NCBI GenBank assembly: GCA_040080645.1
Contig: JBEBIA010000003.1
Coordinates: 11,575 to 75,574 of the forward strand
Length of the DNA stretch: 64,000 bases
DNA from: Thiobacillus sp.
Lineage (GTDB): Bacteria > Pseudomonadota > Gammaproteobacteria > Burkholderiales > Thiobacillaceae
Direction: 5' to 3'
Shown here: piece after piece, positions 25,944 to 36,875 of the stretch
How the letters are laid out: the number at the start of each line of letters is the position of its first letter
How positions within the stretch are numbered: position 1 is the first letter of the stretch
Program-made: the position numbers and the translations under genes
The notes under the pieces: model-generated
The model's input: only the letters and a program-made list of their open reading frames with translations
The model's database searches: none
What the model was told of the DNA's origin: nothing

Positions 25944-27174
25944 TTGGCGGGGTTTCGGTGAGTTGGTGCGTCCAACTCATGGCTTCAATTTCTGCGACGG
26001 TGAGGTCGGACAGCGAGAGGCCACCCACTGCTTCGAGCCGCGCCAAGGTTTCGCTTAGATCATGGTGCTCCACGCTTTCGACCAGGCTCAGCAATGCACC
26101 GAGTTCGCCTTCGCGATGTAGCAAGGCGGCGATCAGACGGTCGCCAAGATGAAGTTCCTGCACAATTTCAGTCAGCGGTTTGCCGATGACGCTTTCGATC
26201 AAGGAGAAAATTCCCACCATGAAGGCGCGCTCGCGCAATTCAGTATCAAGCCCCTTGCGCAAGGCGAGCAATTCCATCATGCGGCCACGCGCCGACGCCA
26301 TCAGCAGCAAAGGGCTGGGCAGGGGCACACCGTCTTGCAGCGTAAACATCAGCAGTTGCAACCAGCGCTGTAACTGCGCGCGACCCAGCAGAATGATCGC
26401 CTGCGCCACGGTGGCGATGCGCCGCCCCGCGCCTACGCCCGCCGAGTTCACCAGCCGCAGCAGGTTGTAGGTGAGACTCGGATTTTGTTTGAAGACCTGT
26501 TCAATCTGCGCGGCATCGGCGTCGCTCAACACCAGGCCGAGCAATTGCGTCAGCGCCAGTTGGCTCGGGTTGGCTCGCTGCGCACTCAGTACGGCAGGCT
26601 TGGCAAAGTAATATCCCTGAAACAGCTGAAAGCCCAGCGCGTGACAAAAATCCGCCTGCGCCGCGCTATCCACTTTTTCGGCCAGCAAGCGCACAGGCCA
26701 AGTGCGCAGGTGGGTGACGATGTCGCGCAACTCATCCTGCGTATGCAGCAGCAGATCGATTTTGACGATATCTACCAGTGCGAGTAGCGGGCGGTAGCTG
26801 TCGTCAAATACAAAGTCATCCAGCGCGAGCATGAATCCTTGTTGCTTAAGCTGGCGGCAGCGTTCGACGATCGCGTCGGTGACGGTAATCGTTTCGAGCA
26901 ACTCCAGCACCACTTGTTGCCGGGGCAGAATTTCGATCAGATCGGACAGCAGCATGTCCGCGCTGACATTGATGAAACCGAGGTGTGGGCCGAGCACGGC
27001 CTGCGCACCCATTTCGCTGAACGCGTGGTGGATCACACTGGCGGTGGCCTGCATGTCGTCGGTGACGGAGGCATCACGCGTGTGACCGGCGCGGAACAAC
27101 AGTTCATAGGCGACCACGCGATGGTCGCGGTCGAGGATGGGTTGCCTGCCAAGAAAAATCTCGCTGACGGCCAT
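25936..27174 (-). CDS. EAL-like plus HDOD domain signalling protein (YuxH-like)
   Basis: FLGRQPIL...YELLFR, LALDDF, LLAEKV, FQGYYF; HDOD part LLRLVNSA...AFMVGIFS. Confidence 0.85.
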   Translation of the reverse strand: MAVSEIFLGRQPILDRDHRVVAYELLFRAGHTRDASVTDDMQATASVIHHAFSEMGAQAVLGPHLGFINVSADMLLSDLIEILPRQQVVLELLETITVTDAIVERCRQLKQQGFMLALDDFVFDDSYRPLLALVDIVKIDLLLHTQDELRDIVTHLRTWPVRLLAEKVDSAAQADFCHALGFQLFQGYYFAKPAVLSAQRANPSQLALTQLLGLVLSDADAAQIEQVFKQNPSLTYNLLRLVNSAGVGAGRRIATVAQAIILLGRAQLQRWLQLLMFTLQDGVPLPSPLLLMASARGRMMELLALRKGLDTELRERAFMVGIFSLIESVIGKPLTEIVQELHLGDRLIAALLHREGELGALLSLVESVEHHDLSETLARLEAVGGLSLSDLTVAEIEAMSWTHQLTETPPNA

Positions 27175-27177
27175 GAC

Positions 27178-28641
27178 TCAGAGCCCGAGGGAGTTCCACA
27201 GTGCATCGACGCGCGCTTTCACGGCAGCATCCATCACAATCGGCGTGCCCCACTCACGTGTCGTTTCGCCCGGCCACTTGTTGGTCGCGTCGATGCCCAT
27301 TTTGCTGCCGAGACCAGACACCGGGCTGGCGAAATCGAGATAGTCGATGGGCGTGTTTTCCACCAGTAAGGTGTCACGTGCCGGATCCACGCGTGTGGTC
27401 AGCGCCCAGATAACTTCTTTCCAGTCGCGCACATTGACGTCGTCGTCGGTGACCAGAATGAATTTGGTGTACATGAACTGGCGCAAAAAACTCCACACGC
27501 CAAACATCACGCGCTTGGCGTGGCCGGGGTAGGCTTTTTTCATACTGACCACCGCCATGCGGTAGGAGCAGCCTTCCGGCGGCAGGTAAAAATCGGTGAT
27601 CTCGGGAAACTGTTTTTGCAGCAGCGGTACGAACACTTCGTTGAGCGCTACGCCGAGGATGGCAGGTTCGTCTGGCGGCTTGCCGGTATAGGTGCTGTGG
27701 TAGATCGGATCGCGCCGCAGCGTGATGCGCTCGACGGTGAATACCGGAAACGCTTCCTGCTCGTTGTAGTAGCCGGTGTGGTCGCCGTAAGGGCCTTCGA
27801 GGGCGGTCTCGCCGGGATGAATCACGCCTTCCAGCACGATTTCAGCCGAGGCGGGCACTTGAAGATCGCTGCCCAGGCACTTTGTCACCTCGGTTTTTGC
27901 GCCGCGCAATAAACCCGCGAACTGGTATTCCGACAGCGAATCCGGCACCGGTGTCACCGCGCCCAAAATCGTTGCCGGATCGGCACCGAGTGCCACGGCG
28001 ACCGGAAACGGCACACCCGGATGTGCCAGTTGATGCTCGCGAAAATCCAGCGCGCCGCCGCGATGCGCGAGCCAGCGCATGATGAGCTTGTTTTTACCGA
28101 TGACCTGCTGGCGGTAAATGCCCAGATTCTGGCGCGGCTTGTGGGGGCCGCGCGTCACCGTCAGCCCCCACGTCACCAGCGGCGCGACGTCACCCGGCCA
28201 GCAATGCTGGATCGGCAGGCGCGCCAAATCGACGTCGGCACCTTCCCAGATCATGTCATGGCAGGGCGCATTTTTGATTTCCTTCGGGGCCATGTTGAGC
28301 ACCTGCTTCAGCACGGGCCATTTTTCCCACGCATCGCGCAGCCCCTTCGGCGGCTCGGGTTCTTTCAGATACGCGAGCAACTTGCCCACCTCGCGCAGCC
28401 GCGCAGGATCATTTTCGCCCATGCCCAGCGCCACTCGCTTCACTGTGCCGAACAGATTCGCCAGCACTGGCATCGTGCCGCCTTTGGGATGCTCGAACAG
28501 CAAGGCCGGGCCGCCTGCGCGCAACACCCGGTCGGCAATTTCGGTCATTTCCAGATGCGGATCGACTTCAACGGCGATGCGTTTTAGCTCACCCATTTTT
28601 TCGAGTTGCGCGATGAAATCACGCAGGTCGCGGTAGATCAT
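27178..28641 (-). CDS. ubiD: 4-hydroxy-3-polyprenylbenzoate decarboxylase
   Basis: [36 protein letters not shown]. Confidence 0.96.
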   Translation of the reverse strand: MIYRDLRDFIAQLEKMGELKRIAVEVDPHLEMTEIADRVLRAGGPALLFEHPKGGTMPVLANLFGTVKRVALGMGENDPARLREVGKLLAYLKEPEPPKGLRDAWEKWPVLKQVLNMAPKEIKNAPCHDMIWEGADVDLARLPIQHCWPGDVAPLVTWGLTVTRGPHKPRQNLGIYRQQVIGKNKLIMRWLAHRGGALDFREHQLAHPGVPFPVAVALGADPATILGAVTPVPDSLSEYQFAGLLRGAKTEVTKCLGSDLQVPASAEIVLEGVIHPGETALEGPYGDHTGYYNEQEAFPVFTVERITLRRDPIYHSTYTGKPPDEPAILGVALNEVFVPLLQKQFPEITDFYLPPEGCSYRMAVVSMKKAYPGHAKRVMFGVWSFLRQFMYTKFILVTDDDVNVRDWKEVIWALTTRVDPARDTLLVENTPIDYLDFASPVSGLGSKMGIDATNKWPGETTREWGTPIVMDAAVKARVDALWNSLGL

Positions 28642-28691
28642 GCAGCGCGTCAGAAAAGTGTGCGGGTGGGTAAAGGGAGAAGATGCATGGC

Positions 28692-29264
28692 TTAACCGAT
28701 GTACTCGAACAGCGTGACCACTTTGGTGACGCCTGCTGTGGTGCGCGCCACTTCAGCGGCGGCCTCGGCTTCGGCTTTCGTCACCAGGCCCATCAAATAC
28801 ACAATCCCTGCTTCGGTGACGACTTTGATTTTGGTGCCGGGTACGCGGTCGTCGCGCAGCAGGCGGGTTTTGACTTTGCTGGTGATCGATACGTCGTTGG
28901 CATCCGAGGTGAGCGATGTCACGCCAGAAACCGAGAGCTCATTGAATACAGTGCGCACGTCGGGAATATCCTTGACGACTTCGCCTGCGCGGCTACGGGT
29001 GGCTTCATCCGGTACCTGGCCGGTGAGCAGCACCTGGCGGTTGTAGCTGGTGGTCGAGATGTTGTCTGTTTTTTGCGGGAAAGCCTCACGCAGACGGTTC
29101 ATCGCGCGCAGTTCGATTTCTTGGTCGCCAACATAGACGCCTGCGGTGCGGCGGTCGAGCGCGACAGACGTGCCGACGGCAGCGCCGCCGACGACAGCAG
29201 TGGCGCAGCCTTGTAATTGAACGAGGGCGAACCCGGCGAGGGCGATTGAAATCAGTTTGGTCAT
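28692..29264 (-). CDS. Dual-BON domain lipoprotein (DolP/YraP-like)
   Basis: Lipobox LQGC, two BON domains, synteny with SIS-yraN-rsmI. Confidence 0.88.
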   Translation of the reverse strand: MTKLISIALAGFALVQLQGCATAVVGGAAVGTSVALDRRTAGVYVGDQEIELRAMNRLREAFPQKTDNISTTSYNRQVLLTGQVPDEATRSRAGEVVKDIPDVRTVFNELSVSGVTSLTSDANDVSITSKVKTRLLRDDRVPGTKIKVVTEAGIVYLMGLVTKAEAEAAAEVARTTAGVTKVVTLFEYIG

Positions 29265-29851
29265 TCTTCAACTCCTAATAAAACGCTGTCTACAGCATCG
29301 CAGAGGCAATGCAGGGTCAGCAAGTGGATTTCCTGGATGCGCGCCGTGGATTCGGCGGGGGCACACAGGAAGACGTCAGCTGCGTGGATTTGTTCCGCCA
29401 GCGACCCGCCGTGGCGGCCGGTGAGCGCGATCACCGCGATACCGCGTGCATGGGCGGCGTCTACAGCCTGCAAAACACTGGGTGAATTGCCGCTGGTAGA
29501 AATCGCCAGCAGCACGTCGCCGGGCTGGCCGAGGGCTTTGATCTGGCGCGCAAAAATCTGATCATACGTGTGGTCATTGGCGATCGCCGTGAGCGCCGAG
29601 GTGTCGGTGGTGAGCGCCAGCGCGGCGAGGCCGGGGCGTTCTTGCTCGAAGCGGTTGACCATGGTGGCAGCAAAATGCTGCGCGTCCGCCGCCGAGCCAC
29701 CGTTACCGCAGGCGAGAATTTTGTTGCCCTGCGCAAGGGTGTGAACGACCAGCCGCGCGGCCTGATCAATCTGCGGAGCCAGGCGGGCGGCGTCGAGCGT
29801 CGTTTGTGCAGCGGTCTGAAAGTGGCTATGGATGCGGTCAGTGAGTGACAT
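29261..29851 (-). CDS. SIS-domain protein of the GmhA/DiaA family
   Basis: CGNGGSAADAQHF, ISTSGNS, ARIQEIH; start MSLTDRI at 29851. GmhA versus DiaA is unresolved (see findings). Confidence 0.9.
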   Translation of the reverse strand: MSLTDRIHSHFQTAAQTTLDAARLAPQIDQAARLVVHTLAQGNKILACGNGGSAADAQHFAATMVNRFEQERPGLAALALTTDTSALTAIANDHTYDQIFARQIKALGQPGDVLLAISTSGNSPSVLQAVDAAHARGIAVIALTGRHGGSLAEQIHAADVFLCAPAESTARIQEIHLLTLHCLCDAVDSVLLGVEE

Positions 29852-29917
29852 GGGTTGATTATCGCGGAAACGGCGATTGGGCGCACGGCGTGCGGTGTGA
29901 CGCAAGCCATTTTCGCA

Positions 29918-30268
29918 TCACCCTGCGTCCTCAAATGCGTTTTTCAACCAGTCTGGCGTGGCGTCATCGCGCATGGCCACCACGTCAAAACGGCACGGCG
30001 GCAGCGATTTCAGCGTACTTAAATATTGCCGCGCGGCGGCGAGCAGCTTGTGCTGCTTGCTGGCGGTCACGCTGGCAAAGCCGTCACCAAAATGGCGGTG
30101 GTTGCGCAGGCGCACTTCAACAAACACCAGGGTGTCGCGGTCGCGCATGATGAGATCGATTTCGCCGAAGCGGCAGCGCCAGTTGCGTGCCACTGGCAGC
30201 AGACCTTGCTGCTTGAGGTAGACCTCGGCGCGCGCTTCGGCAGATTGGCCGAGCAGGGTTTTCAACAT
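29918..30268 (-). CDS. yraN: YraN (UPF0102) family protein
   Basis: GQSAE..A..YL, NWRCRFGEIDLIM, FVEVR, CRFDVV. Confidence 0.92.
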   Translation of the reverse strand: MLKTLLGQSAEARAEVYLKQQGLLPVARNWRCRFGEIDLIMRDRDTLVFVEVRLRNHRHFGDGFASVTASKQHKLLAAARQYLSTLKSLPPCRFDVVAMRDDATPDWLKNAFEDAG

Positions 30269-30285
30269 CTGCGACAATGAGAGCG

Positions 30286-31155
30286 ATGAACGAAATGCAT
30301 CATACCCGCCTGCCACCCGCGCTTTATGTGGTGGCCACGCCGATCGGTAATCTCGGCGACATGACCACACGAGCCATCGAGACGCTGAAAAACGCCGACC
30401 GCGTGGCGGCGGAAGATACGCGGGTGTCGGGCGGCCTGTTGGCGCATTTTGGTATTCAGCAGTCGCTCACGTCGATACGCGAACACAACGAGCGCGAAGC
30501 GGCTGACAAGGTGATCGCCTGGATCGCGGCGGGAGAAGCCGTGGCGTATGTGTCGGACGCGGGCACGCCCGCGATTTCCGACCCCGGCGCGCGGCTGGTG
30601 GCAGCGGTGCGCGCGGCGGGACATACGGTGATACCGATCCCCGGTGCGTCGGCCGTGGTGACCGCTTTGTCGGCGGCGGGAGTGGAATCCGGCGCGTGGC
30701 TGTTCCATGGATTTTTGCCCCCGAAGTCGGGCGCGCGGCGTACGCAATTGCAGACACTCGCGGCGCTGCCCTGTGCGCTGGTGTTTTACGAAGCGCCGCA
30801 CCGCATCGAGGAAACCGTCGCCGACATGGCCGCTGTGTTTGACGGCGCGCGCGCGGTGACGCTGGCACGCGAGCTCACCAAAAAATTCGAGAGCATCGTC
30901 ACCCTGCCACTTGCCGAGGCCCCCGCCTGGCTCGCTGCGGACACCAACCACGTGCGTGGCGAATTTGTCGTCGTCGTGCACCCGCCACGCGAAACCGCTG
31001 TGGCGGTGGATGCCGAAGCGATGCGCGTGCTCGATATTTTGGCAAACGAATTGCCGCCCACGCTTGCCGCCAAGCTTGCCGCCAAAATCACCTTGCGCAG
31101 CAAGGCGGAGTTGTACCAAATGTCTCTCGCCCGCAAACCCTCCGCCGAATCATGA
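30286..31155 (+). CDS. rsmI: 16S rRNA C1402 2'-O-methyltransferase
   Basis: [44 protein letters not shown]; exact start uncertain (30277/30286/30295). Confidence 0.95.
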   Translation: MNEMHHTRLPPALYVVATPIGNLGDMTTRAIETLKNADRVAAEDTRVSGGLLAHFGIQQSLTSIREHNEREAADKVIAWIAAGEAVAYVSDAGTPAISDPGARLVAAVRAAGHTVIPIPGASAVVTALSAAGVESGAWLFHGFLPPKSGARRTQLQTLAALPCALVFYEAPHRIEETVADMAAVFDGARAVTLARELTKKFESIVTLPLAEAPAWLAADTNHVRGEFVVVVHPPRETAVAVDAEAMRVLDILANELPPTLAAKLAAKITLRSKAELYQMSLARKPSAES

Positions 31156-32189
31156 CCGATACCTTAACCATTACCCGCCCCGACGACTGGCATATCCATT
31201 TTCGTGACGGCGCGGCCATGCAGAGCGTGCTGCCGCACACCGCACGCGTGTTTGGCCGCGCGATTGCCATGCCCAATCTCAAGTCACCGGTTGTCACCGT
31301 TGCCGACGCGGCCGCCTACCGCGAGCGCCTGCTCGCCGCCGTGCCCGCCGGGGTGCAATTCATGCCGCTGATGGTGCTCTACCTGACCGACAACACCGCC
31401 GCAGCTGAAATCGTTCGCGCCCGGGCCAGCGGCTTTATCCACGCCGTCAAATATTATCCGGCGGGCGCCACCACTAACTCCGACTCCGGCGTTACCGACT
31501 TGCGTAAAGCCTATCGAGCCATCGCCGCGATGGAAGAAGCCGGATTGCCGCTGTTGTTGCACGGCGAAGTGGTGGATGCCGACGTGGATGTATTCGACCG
31601 CGAAGCCGTGTTCATCGAGCGTCATCTCACGCAGCTGATGAAAGATTTTCCATGTCTGAAAATCGTGCTTGAACATATCACTACCCGGCAAGCCGCTGAA
31701 TTCGTGGCGGCGGCTCCCACGAATGTCGCCGCTACACTCACCGTCCACCACCTGCTGTACAACCGCAATGCCATGTTTCAGGGCGGCATCCGCCCGCACT
31801 ATTACTGCTTGCCGATTCTGAAACGAGAATCGCACCGCCGCGCCCTCGTCGAAGCCGCCATCTCCGGCAATCCCCAGTTTTTTCTCGGTACCGACTCCGC
31901 CCCCCACGCCGTCGGTGCAAAGGAATCGTCGTGTGGTTGTGCGGGTATCTATACGGCACATGCTGCCATTGAACTCTATGCTGAAGTGTTTGACGCAGCG
32001 GGCGCACTCGACAAGCTTGAAGCCTTTGCAAGCCATTTCGGCGCAGATTTCTATGGCCTGCCACGCAACACCGACACGATTACCTTACGGCGTGAAAGCT
32101 GGACGGTGCCAGAGCAGCTCACCATGGGAGATACCTTTGTGTCGCCCTTGCGCGCGGGGAATGAAGTTCGCTGGCAGGTCACACAATAA
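31152..32189 (+). CDS. pyrC: Dihydroorotase
   Basis: [33 protein letters not shown]. Confidence 0.97.
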   Translation: MTDTLTITRPDDWHIHFRDGAAMQSVLPHTARVFGRAIAMPNLKSPVVTVADAAAYRERLLAAVPAGVQFMPLMVLYLTDNTAAAEIVRARASGFIHAVKYYPAGATTNSDSGVTDLRKAYRAIAAMEEAGLPLLLHGEVVDADVDVFDREAVFIERHLTQLMKDFPCLKIVLEHITTRQAAEFVAAAPTNVAATLTVHHLLYNRNAMFQGGIRPHYYCLPILKRESHRRALVEAAISGNPQFFLGTDSAPHAVGAKESSCGCAGIYTAHAAIELYAEVFDAAGALDKLEAFASHFGADFYGLPRNTDTITLRRESWTVPEQLTMGDTFVSPLRAGNEVRWQVTQ

Positions 32190-32193
32190 AAAC

Positions 32194-32218
32194 GGCAGAC
32201 GGGTTTGCCGCCTGCCGT
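32194..32218. terminator. Hairpin between convergent pyrC and the DUF1269-like gene
   Basis: CGGCAG...CTGCCG stem preceded by an A-run (a U-tract on the minus strand). Confidence 0.5.
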
Positions 32219-32283
32219 GGTCTGGAAGCTAGCCAGCGCTTCCAAGGTATCGTGCGACATTGCGCCGCACGGGGAGGAGACTA

Positions 32284-32796
32284 CTAAGGGAATGCGGGAA
32301 TGGTGGGTTCGACGCCCGAGCCCATGGCTTCAGGGTGGTGTGCGGCGACAAGCTGTTTGATCTCGTCTACGCGCCCGGCGGGTACGTCTACCATCATCAA
32401 CACGCGACCCGCGGCGATGGCGGCTTCGAATGTTTTCAGGCGCGAATTAGGGATGGAACTGGCGACCATGCTGGCGACCCAGGCACCGAAGGCTGCGCCG
32501 ATCAGGGCGGTGAGCAGGATGGTGACAAGCTGGAGGTCAACACCAGCGGGCGGGAAAAACACGGCCACGAGTCCAGCGATGATGCCGATGCCCCCGCCTA
32601 CGGCGAGGCCGGTCTCCGCGCCATGCACGAAGTCGGTGGTTTGCAGGATGGACGCTTCATGCAGACCGTTGAGCGGAACACCATCTTTGGCCATGACGTG
32701 GATATGTGCGTTTTCGATCTGCGCGAGCAGCAACTCGTCACGAATTCTGCGGGCGCTGGATGAATCGGGAACCATGAAATAAAGCCGCCTTCTCAT
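32284..32796 (-). CDS. DUF1269-like membrane protein
   Basis: MRRRLYFMVPD..., Gly-rich hydrophobic hairpin (GLAVGGGIGIIAG...GAAFGAW), GRVLMMVDV. Confidence 0.7.
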   Translation of the reverse strand: MRRRLYFMVPDSSSARRIRDELLLAQIENAHIHVMAKDGVPLNGLHEASILQTTDFVHGAETGLAVGGGIGIIAGLVAVFFPPAGVDLQLVTILLTALIGAAFGAWVASMVASSIPNSRLKTFEAAIAAGRVLMMVDVPAGRVDEIKQLVAAHHPEAMGSGVEPTIPAFP

Positions 32797-32897
32797 GTTG
32801 ATTCTCCTCGTAAACGGAGCCGGAACGGATCCTGTGATTGAGTTGTAGTTCAATTATTAAAACCGTCAAGAAAATAAATGCGTTTTATAATGGCGAT

Positions 32898-33216
32898 GGA
32901 AAAGCCGATCAGACAACCGCCGCCATGCAAATGGGGGAGGAAAGTCCGGGCTCCACAGAGCAGGATGCTGGCTAACGGCCAGACGCAGCAAGTTTGTCGT
33001 CGCAAGGCGGCAAACCCAAGGCGAGGAATAGGGCCACAGAGACGAGCGTATTCAGTTACGGTGAAACGCGGTAACCTCCATCCGGAGCAACACCAAATAG
33101 GCAGACGTTGAGGCGGCTCGCTGAGTCTGCGGGTAGGTGGCTGGAGCCGGTTAGTAATGACCGGCCTAGAGGAATGGTTGTCCACGACAGAACCCGGCTT
33201 ATCGATCGACTTTTCC
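32898..33216 (+). ncRNA. rnpB: RNase P RNA (type A)
   Basis: P1 GGAAAAGCCGATC/GATCGACTTTTCC; universal GAGGAAAGTCCGGGCTC and ACAGAACCCGGCTTA; TATAAT at 32886-32891. Confidence 0.97.
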
Positions 33217-33300
33217 ACTTTTCATTTAATTCAATAAGTTAGCGTTTTTATCTAAATAGACAGACAGATTTAAGCGCTAAGCACCGGTTTTTCCAGAAAC

Positions 33301-33309
33301 TTATCCACA
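33301..33309 (+). promoter_or_regulatory. Consensus DnaA box
   Basis: Exact TTATCCACA in the rnpB-mraZ intergenic region; function inferred. Confidence 0.6.
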
Positions 33310-33320
33310 GCCGTGAACCA

Positions 33321-33352
33321 CCCCTAAGTCCTTGAGGCATAGGGGTTTTTTT
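33321..33352 (+). terminator. Terminator-like hairpin upstream of the dcw promoter
   Basis: CCCCTA...TAGGGG followed by T7. Confidence 0.55.
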
Positions 33353-33364
33353 ACGTTCAGTGTC

Positions 33365-33426
33365 TTGACCCCCTCAAAACTATCCCCTATAGTGGGTGCA
33401 GGTGGTGAATGGTGGGTGCAAGTGGG
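33365..33426 (+). promoter_or_regulatory. dcw (Pmra) promoter with four MraZ-type boxes
   Basis: TTGACC-17 nt-TATAGT; GTGGG/GTGGT at 33392, 33402, 33412 and 33422 (10-bp period). Confidence 0.85.
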
Positions 33427-33470
33427 ATTTGTCGCTCACTGTTTACGACACAACAATCAACGGAGATGAC

Positions 33471-33917
33471 ATGTTCAGGGGGGTTGCGAGCGTAAGTCTG
33501 GATAGCAAAAACCGGCTGGTCGTGCCGGCGCGCTATCGCGACGCCCTGTTGGTGAACGGCGCTGGGCGGGTTGTGATTACCGCCGACCCGAACCAGTGCC
33601 TGTTGCTATATCCCCTGCCCGAATGGGAGCCGATCGAGAAAAAACTCAACGGCCTGTCTGATTTCAATCCCCGCACCCGCAGCCTCAAACAACTGCTCGT
33701 TGGTTACGCGCACGACATGGATATGGACGGCGCAGGCCGCGTATTGCTGCCGCCGATGCTGCGCAAATTTGCCGAGCTGGAAAAAAACGTGGTGCTGGTG
33801 GGTCAGGGCAGCAAAGTCGAGTTGTGGAATGAGACGCGCTGGGAGGCGCGCATCAGCGAGGCGCTGACGTTCCGCGATGACGATCTGCCGCCGGAACTGG
33901 AAGGTTTCACGTTGTGA
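33471..33917 (+). CDS. mraZ: Transcriptional regulator MraZ
   Basis: MFRG...[23 protein letters not shown]; GGAG RBS. Confidence 0.96.
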   Translation: MFRGVASVSLDSKNRLVVPARYRDALLVNGAGRVVITADPNQCLLLYPLPEWEPIEKKLNGLSDFNPRTRSLKQLLVGYAHDMDMDGAGRVLLPPMLRKFAELEKNVVLVGQGSKVELWNETRWEARISEALTFRDDDLPPELEGFTL

Positions 33918-34846
33918 GCGAAGCCGCCCATGTGCCGGTGTTGGCACACGAGGCGGTGGCGGCGCTGGCAATAAAACCGGAGGGCGCGTATGTGGACGCG
34001 ACTTTCGGTCGCGGTGGCCACAGCCGGTTGATTCTGGATCGGCTGGGCGCGCGGGGGCGGTTGATTGCGCTGGATCGCGATCCCGACGCCATCCGTGCCG
34101 GGGCAGCGTTAAAGGATGCGCGGTTGACGCTGGTGCGGAGTCCGTTTTCGCAATTGGCGAACGTGCTCGAGTCGCTGAGCGTGAAGCAGGTGAATGGTGT
34201 GTTGCTGGATATCGGCGTGTCGTCGCCACAACTCGACGACGCGACGCGGGGATTCAGCTTCCGGTTTGATGCGCCACTCGACATGCGCATGGATCCGGAA
34301 AGCGGACAGTCGGCCGCCGCCTGGCTGGCGACGGCGGCAGAGGGGGAGATAAGTGAAGTCATCCGCAGCTACGGGGAAGAGCGGTTTGCTAAATCGATTG
34401 CGCGCGCGCTTGTTGCGGCGCGACAAAGCCAAGCCATCGTCAGCACGGGGCAACTCGCGCAAATCATCGCTGGCACGGTCAAGCGTCGCGAGCCGGGGCA
34501 ACACCCGGCCACGCGCAGTTTTCAGGCTATACGGATTTATCTCAACCGTGAGCTGGAAGAGTTGAGCGCGGTGCTGCCGCAATGCGTTGAGAGGCTGGTG
34601 CCCAGCGGACGGCTTGTCGTGATCAGTTTCCATTCGCTGGAAGATCGGATCGTGAAACGATTTTTGCGCGACGAAGCGCTGGGTGAGCAACCCCCTGCGC
34701 GTTTGCCGATTCCCGCAGCGATGCTGAAAGCCGGGCGTTTGAAGCTGGTGGGGCGTGCGCAGCACGCGAGTGACGAAGAAGTGGCGGCCAACCCGCGTGC
34801 GCGCAGTGCGGTACTGCGCGTGGCAGAGCGTTCGGAGGCAGCGTGA
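33914..34846 (+). CDS. rsmH: 16S rRNA m4C1402 methyltransferase
   Basis: [41 protein letters not shown]. Confidence 0.97.
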   Translation: MSEAAHVPVLAHEAVAALAIKPEGAYVDATFGRGGHSRLILDRLGARGRLIALDRDPDAIRAGAALKDARLTLVRSPFSQLANVLESLSVKQVNGVLLDIGVSSPQLDDATRGFSFRFDAPLDMRMDPESGQSAAAWLATAAEGEISEVIRSYGEERFAKSIARALVAARQSQAIVSTGQLAQIIAGTVKRREPGQHPATRSFQAIRIYLNRELEELSAVLPQCVERLVPSGRLVVISFHSLEDRIVKRFLRDEALGEQPPARLPIPAAMLKAGRLKLVGRAQHASDEEVAANPRARSAVLRVAERSEAA

Positions 34847-35115
34847 GCCGGCTCAATATCGCACTCGCGGCGTTGTTGATTCTATCGGCGCTGGCAGTGG
34901 TGCAAGCGCAGCATCGCGCCCGCAGTTATTTTGTGGAACTGGAACGGCTGAAGAAAGAAGCACGCGTGCTGGATGAGGAGTGGGGGCAGTTGCGGCTGGA
35001 GCAAAGTACCTGGGCCAACCCAGCGCGGGTCGATACGCTCGCGCGCACCCAGTTGAGCTTGATCGCGCCGCCGCAGGAGCGTATCCGGGTGGAAACCGGG
35101 GCGACAGCGCCATGA
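34843..35115 (+). CDS. ftsL: Cell division protein FtsL
   Basis: Single TM then coiled coil, [12 protein letters not shown]; dcw synteny. Confidence 0.92.
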   Translation: MSRLNIALAALLILSALAVVQAQHRARSYFVELERLKKEARVLDEEWGQLRLEQSTWANPARVDTLARTQLSLIAPPQERIRVETGATAP

Positions 35116-36875
35116 ATTATCACACCCAGAAACTGCTCAAGCTCAACCTGGTGACCTGGCGCATGGTGACCGTGGGCGGTTTGCTGCTAGCCGGGCTGAC
35201 CACGATCGGTATCCGCGCCATGTATTTGCAGGGCCTGAAAGACACCTACCTGCAAGGCAAGGGCGATGCCGTGGCAAACCGCTATCTCACGCTGCCTGCG
35301 CATCGCGGCATGGTGTCGGATCGACATGGTCAGCCATTGGCGATCAGCACGCCGGTTGAGGCGCTCTGGGCGCGTCCGGCGGAACTGAAATTGAGCGCTC
35401 AACAACACCGGCAATTGGCGGCGTTGATCGAGATGCCGCCCGAGGCGCTCGCAAAACGGCTGCGCAGCCGTACGCGTGGAGAGTTTGCGGTGCGACGGCC
35501 GGTGACCCCTGAGCAGGCGGCCAAAATCACGGCGATGGGCGTGCCGGGTCTGGTGTTGCGCCGCGAGTTTCGCCGCTATTACCCAGCGGGGGATGTCGCC
35601 GCGCATGTGGTGGGCTTTACCAACGTGGATGACGTGGGGCAGGAAGGCGTCGAACGTGCTTATCAGAGCTGGCTGGCGGGTGAGGCGGGCGAGCGGCGCA
35701 TCCTGCGTGATCGCAAAGGCAATACGATTCGCGATATTGCGCCGATTAAAACCGCACAGATGGGCGGCAATCTGGCGCTTTCACTGGATCTCAAAATCCA
35801 GTATCTGGCGCACCGTGAACTGGCGGCCGCGATTAAAACGCACAAGGCTAAAGGTGGCAGCATCGTGGTGCTCGACGCCAAGACCGGCGAGATTCTCGCG
35901 CTGGCCAATTTACCTAACTTCAACCCCAACAACCGCCGTAACTACCAGCCCGGACCGATGCGCAACCGCGCAGTGATTGACACCTTCGAGCCGGGCTCGA
36001 CGATCAAGCCTTTTGTAGCAGCGGCGGTGCTGGAGCGCGGTCTGTTTGCCCCGGAATCAGTGATCGAGACGCCCGAGACCTGGCGCGTCGGCAATAAGCT
36101 GGTGCGCGACGTTCACCCGCATCCGCGTATGACCGTCACTGAAATTATCCAGAAATCGAGCAACGTCGGCTCGGTCAAAATGGCGATGTCGCTCACCCCG
36201 ATGCAACATTGGGAAGTCTTGCATCGCGCGGGGTTTGGCCAGCTGCCCGGCTCCGGATTCCCCGGTGAAACTGCAGGTCGACTGCGCGATGGTGCAAGCT
36301 GGAAGCCGGTTGAACATGCCACCATGGCCTATGGCTACGGCATGTCGGTCAGCCTGCTGCAAGTCGCGCGGGCGTATATGGCATTCGCCAATGATGGCGA
36401 AGTCATGCCGTTGTCGTTCCTCAAGCGCGAACCGCAGGAAGTCATCGGCGAGCGGGTGTTTTCACCCACCGTGGCACGGCAGGTGCGCACCATGATGGAA
36501 GCCGTGACCGCCGAGGGCGGCACCGGGATGCGCACTCGCGTGGCGGGTTATCGGGTGGCGGGTAAAACCGGCACCGCGCACAAGCTGATCGACGGGCGCT
36601 ATGCGTCAGATCGTTATCTGTCGTCGTTTATCGGGATGGCACCGGCTTCAGATCCGCGCCTCATTATCGGCGTGGTGATCGATGAGCCGGGGGGGGCGGT
36701 GTATTACGGCGGTAGCGTCGCTGGTCCGGTGTTCTCGCAAGTCATGGCGGCGAGCTTACGTCACCTGGGCTTGCCGCCCGATATGCCACCTGAAGATAGC
36801 ACCCGTCTGACCCAACCCTCGGCAGTTCCGCCGCATCGTAACGTATGGGGGCCAGCCAATGACCGCCCCGTATGA
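35112..36875 (+). CDS. ftsI: Peptidoglycan D,D-transpeptidase FtsI (PBP3)
   Basis: HRGMVSDR, EPGSTIKP (SxxK), KSSNVG (SxN), GKTGTA. Confidence 0.96.
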   Translation: MNYHTQKLLKLNLVTWRMVTVGGLLLAGLTTIGIRAMYLQGLKDTYLQGKGDAVANRYLTLPAHRGMVSDRHGQPLAISTPVEALWARPAELKLSAQQHRQLAALIEMPPEALAKRLRSRTRGEFAVRRPVTPEQAAKITAMGVPGLVLRREFRRYYPAGDVAAHVVGFTNVDDVGQEGVERAYQSWLAGEAGERRILRDRKGNTIRDIAPIKTAQMGGNLALSLDLKIQYLAHRELAAAIKTHKAKGGSIVVLDAKTGEILALANLPNFNPNNRRNYQPGPMRNRAVIDTFEPGSTIKPFVAAAVLERGLFAPESVIETPETWRVGNKLVRDVHPHPRMTVTEIIQKSSNVGSVKMAMSLTPMQHWEVLHRAGFGQLPGSGFPGETAGRLRDGASWKPVEHATMAYGYGMSVSLLQVARAYMAFANDGEVMPLSFLKREPQEVIGERVFSPTVARQVRTMMEAVTAEGGTGMRTRVAGYRVAGKTGTAHKLIDGRYASDRYLSSFIGMAPASDPRLIIGVVIDEPGGAVYYGGSVAGPVFSQVMAASLRHLGLPPDMPPEDSTRLTQPSAVPPHRNVWGPANDRPV

